Shown here: piece after piece, positions 1-12,227 of the stretch
How positions within the stretch are numbered: position 1 is the stretch's first letter
How the letters are laid out: every line of letters begins with the position of its first letter
DNA from: Paramecium tetraurelia
Taxonomy: Eukaryota
Length of the DNA stretch: 64,000 nucleotides
NCBI GenBank assembly: GCA_000165425.1
Contig: CT868068.1
Location: forward strand, 62,001 to 126,000
Direction: 5' to 3'
The notes under the pieces: model-generated
What the model saw: only the letters and a program-made list of their open reading frames with translations
What the model was told of the DNA's origin: nothing
Database searches by the model: none
Position numbers and translations under genes: made by a program

Positions 1-701
1 CCCAAATATCAATACTCTAAGCAGATAACATAATATTTTTACTCTATTGTATCTCTTTTTCTAGATTTATTCAGGTGCCATATACAAAATAGTTCCACAA
101 TTCTCACTCATGAGTCCTGAACCATCTATGTGTGCCAATTAAGCTGATAATCCAAAATCTATCAAGGTTACATGCAAATTCTCTGGATCAATCATGATGT
201 TTTCTAGTGTTGGTATTGACATTTACCAGGTTTAATATCCCTATGGATTATATCCTGCTAGTGTAAATATTATATGGCTTCAAGTATCTGCTTTGTTATA
301 CAAACAACAGTCTCGTTGTCCAATTAGTTCCTTTGATATTATGACAATGTAACTCCATTAATGAGATCCATGGTTATAAAAAGCTTATTTTTTGTTTCCT
401 TACTCTATCAATAAGAGTTCAAACATACAAAAGAAACACGCACGATATTCGCATGATTTAATTTAATTAGAAGTTGAGCTTCTTATCTCAAAATCTCTAT
501 TTGCTAAGAAGTAAAATGAACTTTGTCAATTATTTTTATTGCTACTAATTTATTTGACATATTCAGAGCCTCAATCACAGTAGAGAATGCTCCTTTCCCG
601 AGAATCTTAAGAGGTTTATATTATTAAATAAAGCCTTAATGCATTTCACCTTAGTCTAATAATATATCAAGTAAGTTCATCACATCATTTTATTGTTTCA
701 T
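1..701 (-). CDS. Ser/Thr protein kinase (CAMK-like), 3' end runs off the window
   Basis: Ciliate-code translation gives LGKGAFSTV, VAIK, HRDIKPENIM (across a 23-nt intron at 204-226), DFG and CGTILYMAPE. A second ~24-nt intron lies near 407-430. The start ATG at 701 is tentative; an upstream ORF from ~970 does not join in frame. Confidence 0.9.
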
Positions 702-1014
702 TTATTTATTATTTTTAGATTTTATTATTAATTTTACAAAATTACTTCATTGCATTAATATTATCAAAGACATTTAGATTATAATAAATTCTACTCTCCT
801 CTTTCCTGTTGAAAGGTGAGTGCGACATTTAAATTCTTGGGATTAATGTAAATTAATTTATTATTTATTGGTTGTCTCTTTAAAAAGAAAAGAAAGAAAA
901 CTTACCCTCTTAAGATGAAAAAATTGATTGATTAAGCTTCTAAATCTATCATTTAGACTTAAACCATCATATAACTTTATTTAATAGTAAAACAATTAAA
1001 ATTATTATAATAAA

Positions 1015-3834
1015 ATGTTGTAAGAGGTATAAGTGTTTTTTATAAGCCCCCTCTCATCATCTAATAGGATAAATGACGAATCCTTATAAAGTTACAAGTA
1101 TATACAATATATGGGATATAATAAAAATGCATCTATTTTATGTTCCCTAATACATTATGCTTTTAATAAACAAATTTCAAGAATCCTAGAGAGTATTCTT
1201 CAGCTGATTAATACCTTGAAGAACTAAACAATTTACACTGAATTTGTAAAATTAATCAAATAAACCAAATTTGAAAAGAACCATGTATAGAAATTCTTTT
1301 AAAATCTCTATCTGATAGACCAGAACAATGAAATTGCTGGAAAACTACTTTTTGATCTTTGCAAAAGTAAGGATTGGTTGGATGGTAGTTAAATAGCATA
1401 CAATCAAATAGCGAAAGAATTTTAGTTGAGGATTTCTATTTATAATTGCAATGAAGTTTATGGAATCTAATTCAAAGAAACTATCGATCTGATGGTTGAT
1501 GCTAATAAAAAATTCTATTTTCTCATCTCAGAACCAATATTTAAGAACATAGAGAAAACATAATGTCCCTAATGCAAAATAAAATCGGAATTTATTTTAT
1601 TGACTTGCAATCATAAACATTGCTATAAATGTTTACGAAAGAAATCTTAAATTGAGAATATCAAATGCCATTGTGGAAAAATATGTTATAAAAAAAATGT
1701 GTTGCATTGCTTATAAAACTTTGACAAAGTGAAAGAGTATAATGAAATGAGTAAAGTTTTGTTAAAATATTATGAAAGTGCAAATTCATCAGTTGCACTT
1801 ACAGATCAACAATTATCATTAGATAGAAGTAGAAGATATCATGCAAATCAAGATATTGAACAAAAGATTGCACCTACAGTTGAACCTCTATATGAATGTA
1901 GTATATGCTCAAAAAAGTCTTAAAGTTAATTATTAGTCTTAGAAGACTGCAAACATCAATTTTGTTATTATTGTGCATAGTAATATAAATTACAAAAAGA
2001 GTGTCCCTTATAAAACTGTATTAAAAAAATAGAGTAAAATTCATAGTAAACTTGTTTAAATAAAAATAATTCAAAAGAAATAGATTATCCAATTATTAAT
2101 TAAAACATAAAAGAAAGCATTTAAAATTCCTCCAATCCTAAAGTAGCAGAACAATGTTCTAGATGCTCTAACACATCTAAATATAAATTATTTGAAGTAA
2201 AAAAATGTAATCATAAATTTTGTAAATCATGCCTATCAAATATTGAGATGAAATATGAATTAGCCTTTTGTTTAAAACCCAAATGTTAATCAACATTTAC
2301 AAAGCAAGAATACAAAATGTACTTTAAGTCTGTATAACCATTATCAAATTCAGAGGTGCCTTAAATGTAAAGAGTGATTCCCCCCTAAAACTAATACTCA
2401 TCTTTTGACTGCGAAAGTTGTAAATATAAAAGAAGTGAAGATCAAAAATATATATTAAACTGTGGTCATTCTATTTGTAATGCATGTATCATTTTAAATG
2501 TTTAATTCAAAACAACATGCTGCTATTTAGCAGCTTTGGATTCTGAATATCAGCAATTTCGGAAAAATATGACTACAAATTGCAAAGGTTGCCAACTCCC
2601 TTTTCAAATAAAAGAATTGTTTTAGTCGAATTGTAAACATGAATTTTGTTTAAGTTGCTGTTAAAAAATATATTTAGAAAGATCTCAAAGATGCTTGGAA
2701 AAAAGATGTGGTAAACTAATATTTTTTGTAGATGATTTGTATAATTTCATTTGGAGTTAAAAAATAGAGGAAAGTAAAGATATTTCAAACAAAGAAGTAT
2801 AGAAAAAAACTGAGGAGTTAGAAGAATAAGACAAGGATTAAAATTTGGAAAAATAAGATAATAAACAAATAAAAGAAGATTCAAAGTAGATTGATAACAG
2901 TCTACACAGAAGTACTCAGTGTTAAAAAACAAAATCCATAGAGGAGTAAGAATCTCCTACACTTCAAAAATCTGTCATCAATTTAAAGGAATATAAAATT
3001 AATGAATAAAAGAAGGAGGAAATAAATTTACCATCAACAAAACTATAAGAGATTGTTAAGCCTAATGGTTAGAATCTTGTTCAGAATGGTGATCCAAGAA
3101 AATAGGAAGTTTACCAATTTGAAGATGATATTTCTGGGTCTGAAGAAAATTATGAAGAGGAGATAATTATTTACTAATAGATCGAAGAAATTAAATCTGC
3201 TAAAGAAAGAGAAAACGAATTTTGTAAAGGAAATTGTACAAATTGTAATTCAGAATTTTCTCCTTTTAATAAAAAATAATTGATTGATTGTAAATTACAT
3301 TAAATTGGAGCTTGTTGCATTCTAAACAAATTTATCCGTTGTCCCTAATGCGAATAAACTCCATCTAAAAAAATAATAATTCACTAAAAGCTGATACTAC
3401 CATGTAATCCTGTAGAAGAAGAAAGTATATTTGAATCAACCATCTTAAAACCCTCTTTAGGCAGTTACTATCCTCAATCTTTTCAGTAAACCTATAAGGG
3501 TTATAGTGATCAATTATAAAGATTAGAGAGATAGAGAAATAATTAAAATTCTGCGATTAAAAGAAATCTTACAACTGATACTGTCAATAAAAGGATTTAG
3601 GATAATCAATAAGTTTTAGAGGACAAATCTAAATATAAAAATGAATAGCTAATTCAGAATGAGTTGACTTTACTAAAATCTTCTCCTCCTTATCTTTAGC
3701 AACCATACCATCCCTATCGATATGAACGACTTCAGTATGGAGGATATGATCAGAGAAACAGGTTGGAATTATATAGCAGAGACTTTCATTTGAATTCAAA
3801 AATAACAACAGGATATTCAGGGAGGTTGTATTGA
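1015..3834 (+). CDS. Multi-RING-finger protein (6 RING-like units) with a degenerate OTU-like N-terminus, 939 aa
   Basis: ATG 1015 and TGA 3832-3834 are in frame. Repeated C-x2-C...C-x-H-x2-C-x2-C...C units at ~1564, 1897, 2155, 2410, 2581 and 3235. Confidence 0.85.
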
Positions 3835-3936
3835 GGTATAATAAAGGTTATTAATTTTGGAACTTTGTCTCTTTTATTTCAAAATTATTAAACACTAATA
3901 TAATATATTATATTTTCTTTTTATTATTTTACATTC

Positions 3937-6552
3937 ATGTATTAAATAACTCCAATATCAGATACAATAAAGTCTCGATACCCGTAACTCAAGGACTACT
4001 ACCTATGCTAATTTTTGGGGGAGAACCAATAATCTGCAATAATATGTTCAATCCTGCATTATCTTTTGAATCGTCGACTAAGCAGAAGTCTCGAATACTT
4101 TAGGAGTCCAAAAATAAATTACAAATAGTTGCATGCATAGGAAATCGCTTAATTCCTGCAGGAAAGTTTGGAAATGGAAAATCCAATATAAAACTTCTTC
4201 GAAAAGTTGTCAACTTACGATTAGAATAATCTTATGACAGAAGTTTTACTCTAAGACTTTTGCTTTTCTTATTAATTAATATATAAGGGTTAAATTTGTT
4301 TGAATTATTTGGCTGACTTCTTAGATTTGAATATTAATATCATTCCATAATTAAATAGTCTAGGTAGAGGGAATAGTAATTTAATTATAATAAGAGAGTA
4401 GGAAGAATATTATTTTATTATCCCGGAACCTCAATTCTAATTAGAAACCTAAACAATTTGCTTTAGTTGTAGCAGAAAGGTTTATGTCTTCCTGAATCTT
4501 TAATGTGATCATTAAATTTGTTTGAATTGTCTCTTTAAACAAAACCAGCAGAGTTATACGGATAATTTTCAATGTAGATGTGGATAAGTCATTTAAAAAT
4601 AGCAGGTTGAATAATTTTAAAATGAAATCAGTGCTATAGCTAAAACAAATCGTTATAATTTAGTATTGGAGCAATTCTATCATCAGTGCAGCTCCACCTT
4701 AGTTTAAAGAAAGAGTTAAATTCGTACTAGTTTTGCAAAATAGCTTAATGAATCAATATCTGAGTAATTGACTGCAACTGAAATTTAGATTTCTCTCCTT
4801 GATGAGACAAATAGAGTTTTAGAACAATTAGATGAACATTGTTGTAATTGTCATGGAGAATCAAACAAACCTTACTTTTATTTAAATAATTGCTCGCATA
4901 AATTTTGCTTTGAATGCATTAAAAAAGAGTTTTAAAATGATTGTTGTGGGGGATGTTATTGTATGGTTTGTCCTAATAAAGTCTCAAGAAAAGAATACGA
5001 GTTATATTTATAAATGATAAATGTTGCAAAAGACAACATCTAAGAGAAACCACCTGAAAAAGAGAAAACAGAAAACAAATGTTAAAATTGTAATAACAAA
5101 TTTCAATATCAATTGTTTGCAATAGAAAATTGTAAGCATAGTTTTTGTGATACATGTTTAGAATAGTTTTTTGCAGTTAATTACTTTTAAGTCTACTACT
5201 GTACTGTTCCAAATTGCCCAGGTACTTACAACAAGAAGGACTATGAAAAGTTTAAATAGGAGTTTAGAAAACAGTTGTAAATATCATATTCTGAATTAGA
5301 GAATTCATGTCATCAAATTTCGTGTGACTTTAATCTATTAAATAATTGTAAATAATGTCTAAAATAATTATGTGTTTCACAATCAGAAATTAAAGACTAA
5401 ATTTGCTCAAATTGCAGTAATCCAACTTTAAAAAGTAAGAATCTAATCGAAAACGATTCCACAAAGATCACTTCAGATGATCAGAAGGAAATCGATCTTA
5501 ATTGGAGTCTTTTAATAGATAAATGCTAAAAATGCTAGAAAGAATCACAATATTAATTATTCTAGATTCCATTATGTAATCATAAGTTTTGTAATTCATG
5601 CATTTAGGGTTCGATAGAAAACAAATAAAAAGATTAGAGATGTCTTAATAAGAATTGCAAAAGTTTATTTACTAGGGGATCTTATTAAAATTATTATAAT
5701 AATTTATTACAGGATAAAGAGATCATCCAAAATAATTAGCAAATATTAAATCAACAATTAATCACAAAATCAGAAACTTTCAAGCAATAACCAAAAATAA
5801 ATAATCTAGTAAATCTCAACTTTAACTCAAATGTAACTGTTTAAAGCTCAACAACTAGTACAACTGATTAATAATTGTGTTCATTTTGCAACATTTTGAG
5901 TGATTTGGATCAAGTCTTTCTTATCAAATGTGGACATTAAATTTGTTAGAGATGTAGTCTACGTTTAAAGGGTTAAAATTTTAGATGTAGTAAGTGTTTG
6001 ACTCTTTTTGATAATCTTAGATTTAAAAAGTTTAGATTATCTTGTAAGTACAAATGCGACAATTGTAAGAAAACCTTTCCTTTTGATTAGATTTCGCCAA
6101 ACTAAAAATGTCTACATTCTTTATGTTGGTAATGTCTCTAAATAATTTATACGAATAAAGAGACTCAATATTGTTGTGTCAAAAACTGCAAAAAATCATT
6201 TACTGTAGAAAAGGGTTCTAAAAATATTTAAATCTTTCCCTAGTAAGATGTTGACTCAAGTAAAGAAGCTTAACAAATTTTAAATTTGAAATTTGTAACT
6301 AGTTAAAAAATCATTTAATCGAATTCTTAAGCTATTGCTAAAATTGACCAAAGCCTATCTATTTTATTAGAGTAAAAAAAATAGAAATAAGAAATTGAAC
6401 AACCTTTTAAAATACAATCATGTATGATTTGTAATTAGGATTTCGATGATTACAATTTGCCGGTAGTCTTCTCGTGCAATTTACACATAATTGGTATATG
6501 TTGCATACTTAATAATTATCAACTATGTTACCTATGCGATAGAGGGCTTTGA
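3937..6552 (+). CDS. Multi-RING-finger protein (7 RING-like units), tandem paralogue of 1015-3834, 871 aa
   Basis: ATG 3937 and TGA 6550-6552 are in frame. RING units at ~4459, 4841, 5079, 5524, 5878, 6055 and 6421. Shares motifs with the upstream gene (SAIICSILHY vs ASILCSLIHY; LHIIGICCILN vs LHQIGACCILN). Confidence 0.85.
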
Positions 6553-6592
6553 ACACTATATTTACATATATTAAGCTTATATTCATTTAATT

Positions 6593-6868
6593 ATGTTATA
6601 ACATCAATGCTCGGAAAAATCTTTTGAGAGTTTTAGACACAATTTAGGTTCATAGGATCACTTGGAGCCTGATGAAATACAAACACCAGAAATTTATGCA
6701 GATTATAATTCGATCTCCCTTCATTAAGAGATCAGAAATGAAAATATGCAATTTATTAAAAAAAAATATTGTTTTAAGGTAATTACATTAATGTAAGAAT
6801 AACCCAATCAATTGAAGCAAAAGAAATGTTATTGCCAAACTCTCGATCCCGAAAACAGTAATTCTTGA
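6593..6868 (+). CDS. Short hypothetical ORF (91 aa)
   Basis: ATG-to-TGA open frame filling the gap between two genes; no recognisable motif. Confidence 0.35.
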
Positions 6869-6904
6869 TTTTATTTATATTTATTCCATTTCGTTTTAAA
6901 TATT

Positions 6905-9430
6905 ATGATAACAAAACAGATAAATGCAGTTATTCTAGTAATTTTATAAGAATTGTGTAAGCATTGCAAATAAACTAAATAAAATCCACGTGATGTGATA
7001 AGTTACTTTATTCAACCAGATAAAAAAGGTATGGATGTTTTTGGATTTATGATTATGATTAAAAAGATTTTACCATTTGCTGAAGAATAAATGATTGAAA
7101 AGACTTTTTCATACATTTAGTAGCGATTTGGATGTAAATTATTAACTAGTTAAATATTTGAGGAGCTTATGATAAGAGTAGAATCTTAAATGACTAATAT
7201 TGAACTGTCTTAACAAATAAGGTTCAGAACAAAATAATAAATTGAATCATAACAATAAAGCAATATTTAGATGAATAATGCATCAGCAATTTAGACTTAG
7301 CATGAAAAAAAACCAATATTTGATTAAAATTTTAAACCCTCTTAGATGACAAATATAGTTTCTTAACAAGTGCCTAAATAAAATGTATCAAATTAAGTTG
7401 CTTAAAATTGCAATCGATCAGAAATAGAGTTAATTTAAACTTTCAGCACAAAATTAAAAAATGCAAATATCAACTTTATCGATGTGTTCAATAAGTTTGA
7501 TAGCAATAAAGACAATATGATGAATCAGTTAGAATTTTAGAAGATGATTCAAATTGTAATCAAGGATATCAAAGAAGATGAATCAAGAATCCTCGCTCGA
7601 TGGGTTTTCAAAGATTAAAACAAAGAACTAACAGCATTTCAATTTAAGAAGATTTTTGAATTTCAAGAGTAAATTATTCCATAGGCTAACATTATGGAAT
7701 CCAACTACTATGAAAATCCTGCTAATTAAAAATTATTATAATCAAATTATCAATTCTAAGAGTGCTTTGTTTCTGATTACAACCTAGTAGCTATGAAAGA
7801 ATTCCTTTCAAAATATCAATAATTAAAGAGCCAGAATTAATTATATACTGACCCTGTATTCCCTCCAAACTAAGTAAGTTTGGGAAGTAAATTCTAACAA
7901 TTTTAATGGAAAAGAATACCTTAATTTATTTCAAATCCAAAATTCTTTGTCAAAGAAAACATAGTAAACAGATTTGGTATTGGTAAGTGGATTACACCAG
8001 ATGATTTACAATAAGGGTAATTAGGAGATTGCTACTTTTTAGCCTCGATCAGTTCATTAGGGAACAGGAGACCTGATCTATTATTGGAAACATTTGTTAC
8101 TAGAACTTTCAACCCTCAAGGACTCTACGGTGTCAAATTGTGCATTGATGGAGAATGGAAAGTTATTGGAATAGATGATTTCATTCCAACCCACTACAAT
8201 AAGCCAGCATTCACCAGAGGGAAAGACTCAGAAATATGGGTTATGGTAATTGAAAAGGCATGGGCTAAAGTATTTGGTTCGTATGAGAATATTGAAGCTG
8301 GTTTCCCTTCAGAAGTCTTAAGAACCTTAACTGGAGCACCAACTAGAACTATATTCACAAGTGATGAGAATTTTGTTGAAGACTTGGAAAGTTGCATAAA
8401 GAATAGATGCATAATGGTATGCTCATCTAAAAATGAAAATAAATAGTAATATAAACTTATGGGGCTAATAGCTGGTCATGCTTATACAGTACTAAAAATT
8501 AAAGATTTGAATTCCAATACAAAATTAATCAAACTTAGAAATCCTTGGGGAAAGGAGGAATGGAAGGGAGATTGGTCGAATTAAAGTCAATTGTGGACTC
8601 CAGAGTAGAAGGCACAATTTAAAATAACAAATGCTAATGATGGAGTCTTTTACATGAGCATCACAGATTTTCGTAAATATTTTGATGACTTATCTGTTTG
8701 TTACGTGAAGGAAGGGTATTAGTATTAATCTACTACACTTCAATCAAGTAATAGGAAAAGCGAATATTTTAATATCTAAATTTAAAAGCCAGGGTGCTAT
8801 TATTTTACAATGAATTAAAAGAACGTTAGGTATTAATTTTTATAATTCAATAGATTTGAGAATAGCAATCAGTATTCACCAGCTAAGATTTTGTTATTTA
8901 AAGGAGATAGTTTATTAGATGGCAATTTTAAGAGCGATAGAGAATGCTGGATAAGTAAGGATCTCGATTAGGGATAATATACACTAGTTATCAAAGCTTA
9001 ATGGTAGTTTTCTAAAATGAATAAGTACACTTGGTCATGTTATGGACCTGGTCCAATTCATAGCGATAAGATTAATAAGATTCCTAATTTATTGAATTCT
9101 GCCTTTCTTAAGTTAGCTAGAGTAAGCGTAAAAAAGAAAGGATATTAAAAGCACCCAGACATTAAGTAGGCGTATGAATTTCATCTTAAATATGGGTATC
9201 AATATGTATATATGATTAGTTATGGATTTTACTATGTCGAGAATCAAAGCAACAAGAGTTTTGAAAGTAAAGTGAGATTTTCATAAATGAAAGGTTTAAA
9301 ACTCCGAAAACCTTATAGAGGATATAGCGTGGAGATTAACTTATAATAGAATCAAGAGTTCTTTGCTTTGTTAAGTGTTTCTAAATCTGGATATTCCTTT
9401 GGTATTGAAGAATAGTATATTGTAAAATGA
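6905..9430 (+). CDS. Calpain-family cysteine protease with N-terminal EF-hand region
   Basis: Triad motifs QGQLGDCYFLAS, GHAYTVL and LRNPWG, plus IEKAWAK. EF-hand-like DSNKDNMMNQLEF near 7500. Two 24-nt introns (8830-8853, 9196-9219). Confidence 0.93.
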
Positions 9431-9513
9431 TAAACCGATAAAATCCAAATGACTTCTATTTTAATCTTAAATTATATCTAGTTATTACGATTGGAAATTA
9501 ATATATAATTATT

Positions 9514-12154
9514 ATGATAAAATCACTTAAGTGTGTCAAATGTTTGCAAGAAACAAAAGAAAGTGCATCTTATAAAGCAAAATGTGGACATCTATATTGC
9601 AACAAATGTATTGACTAGATTACTGCTGAAGGAGGTTCAAACTGTTCAGAAAAACAATGCTCTTATTTTCTAAACATATCAGATCTTATGAACAGGCAAT
9701 TCCAAAAAATATCCGGAAGCAACTAAATGGTATTTGGGAAATAAATTACAATGTTTTAAGGAGATGCTAAAAAAATGGGTATAATGACCATTTATAATAG
9801 CATCACCATCTTAATAAAATAAAGCAACACCTATAAAATAGAATGTTCAAAATGGCAACACTCCAATAAAATAATAAAAAAATACTTAACCTCGAAGGTC
9901 ATTTTAAGAACGTTCCCCTGTAGCAATTTAAACAAAGTCCAAATCTTAGATGCAAAAACTTACAGATAGGGTTTTACAATAATAGAACAGCGCAAAGGTT
10001 ATTCAACCAAAATAATAACAAACTTAATAAAGATAATAACAATAATAGTAATAATAATAATAATAATAACAATAATAATAACAATAATAATAATAACAAA
10101 ATAGATAATAATAAAATTAATAAATCATAAAATAACAATAGATTCAATAAACAGATTAAATATAACCATAAAAATAAGAAATCAAAGTCAATATTGAAGA
10201 TAGAATGATTGAATCTATCTAGTATAAATGTGATTATTGCAATTCCAATACTTCCGGATTATTTCATAATGAAATATGCGATCATAGATTATGTTATGAT
10301 TGCATCTAAAAATATTATGAGGAATTCTGTGTCTGTTTTGTAAAGGATTGCGGTTGGTAGATCAACTAGGAATAATTAAATTAGTTTATGCTCACTTATG
10401 TTACATTTCAATTAAATGAGGTTGAAGAAATTAAACTAAAAAGACAGCAGTCCTCATCAGATCAATAAGACATTCTTATAAGCAAATTTCAATTTGAAGA
10501 AGTTACTTTATAACATATGTAAATCTCTAATATGAATGAATTCATTAAGACATTTGATGAACTCAAAATTAAAGAAAAAAACTACGTAGATCTTAGATTT
10601 GGTCCAAATGAAAAAAGTGTTGGTTCAAATTACACTGCCACTTGGTAGAGATTGAATGTTATTTTTAATGGAGATTTTCAATTTTTTGCGAAATCAAGTG
10701 ATAATAAAAGGTTTGGACTAGGAAAGTACATTGGTCCCCAAGATATAATACAAGGATAATTAGGGAATTGCTATTTGTTGGCTTCAATTTCTGCTCTGGG
10801 AAATAGAAGACCTGATTTATTATTAGATGTCTTTATTACGAGAGCAATAAACGAACAAGGAATATATTGTATAAGATTGTGCATAGATGGAATATGGAAA
10901 GCCATATATGTAGATGATTATTTCCCAGTCTATCCTAATCTAAGTCCCATTTTTACTAAAGCTAAAAATAATGCAATATGGGTCATGGTATTGGAGAAAG
11001 CATGGGCCAAATTATTTGGATCCTATTAAAATAGTGCATCAGGTTCTATGTAAGAAGTGCTAAGAGCTTTGACTGGAGCACCTACAGAAGTAATCTGGAC
11101 TCAATCTCCAGACTTTATTGCCTAGCTTCGAAAATGCCTTGCCAATAGAGTTATAATGGTTGCAGCAACCTAGAGTAGTGAAGTTTAACCAATTACATAA
11201 GGATTAGTTCCAAATCATGCCTATTCAGTTCTAAAAATCAAATAAATAAATCACCCAAAAAGAGGATAAGTGGAACTACTGAAATTAAGAAACCCTTGGG
11301 GAAAAAAGGAGTGGACAGGTGATTGGGGATAAGAAAGTCCATTATGGACTCCGTAATTAAGATAGGAGTTAAAGTTAGATTCTGAAGATTCTGGTGTATT
11401 TTATATGGATATTGGATCATTTATGCAATAATTCAGAGATATCCATATTTGCCATGTCTAATAAAATTACTAATATTCTGCAACACAAAGCAAATCCAAT
11501 AAAAAAAAGGCTGTTTACTATTCTTTTAAAATTACTAAAGATGGGGATTATTACTTTACTATAAATTAACGAAATCAAAGATGGGCAGGGAATCCTAAAT
11601 ATAGCAATGCCAAGCTATTAATTTGTAAGAAAGAAGAAAATAATTAATACACATATATCGCTGGTAAACTTAGTTAATTTGGTGAAGTTTGGTGTAAATG
11701 CACCTTAACAAAGGGGGAATACGTTGTTTTTGCTAAAGTAATTTGGGAACATCACCAAGAGTTCTTCTTTGTTCTCTCTTCATATGGAATGGAAAAACTA
11801 GAATTCAAACAAATAAGAAAGATTCCTGATATGCTTCCCAGTGTTTTCATAAAGAAAGGGTTTGTTTAACAACCTAAACGAAGCTACGACACAATGGGAT
11901 AACCCAAGATTCAAAGTTGCTATAATCTAGATAGACTGGATGGTTGGGGCTATTATTTCATTGACAACTAATCAAGTGTTAAATTAATAAGCAAAATATC
12001 ATTCCATAAATTCTATGGGTTGCGATTTTGTAAACCTCATAGAGGAGTCACTTTAAATATTGAACTGCCCCCTGGTAAATAGTTTATTGCTGTAATCAAA
12101 GTGTTATCAGGATATGAAATCGAATTTACTCAAAAGGTTCAATTTCAACAATGA
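9514..12154 (+). CDS. RING-polyQ-RING-calpain fusion protease (~872 aa)
   Basis: N-terminal CVKC...CGHLYCNKC...C RING; 22-nt intron at 9779-9800; Q22 tract; second RING CDYC...CDHRLCYDC; then QGQLGNCYLLAS, NHAYSVL and LRNPWG, all in one frame to TGA at 12152. Confidence 0.9.
10034..10099 (+). repeat. (TAA/CAA/TAG)22 coding microsatellite encoding polyglutamine
   Basis: 22 consecutive Gln codons, mostly TAA, in the same frame as the downstream calpain domain. Confidence 0.9.
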
Positions 12155-12227
12155 TTCTTATTTTTAGTTTATGTAATTTAGTATTGATAATTTATAGAAA
12201 TGTATAATAAATATTATTAATTAAAAG

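Noticed and set aside
702..970. Upstream exons of the first kinase, or a retained IES
   Set aside because: The spliced frame from ~970 ends in TGA out of frame with the kinase, and I found no convincing intron or TA-bounded IES to repair it.
10021..10120. AAT repeat as a non-coding microsatellite, CRISPR-like array or telomere
   Set aside because: It is an in-frame polyQ tract with no spacers and no G4T2/G3T3 repeats.
1015..12154. Apparent mass pseudogenisation from many TAA/TAG stops
   Set aside because: These are Gln codons; the frames are open to TGA under the ciliate code.
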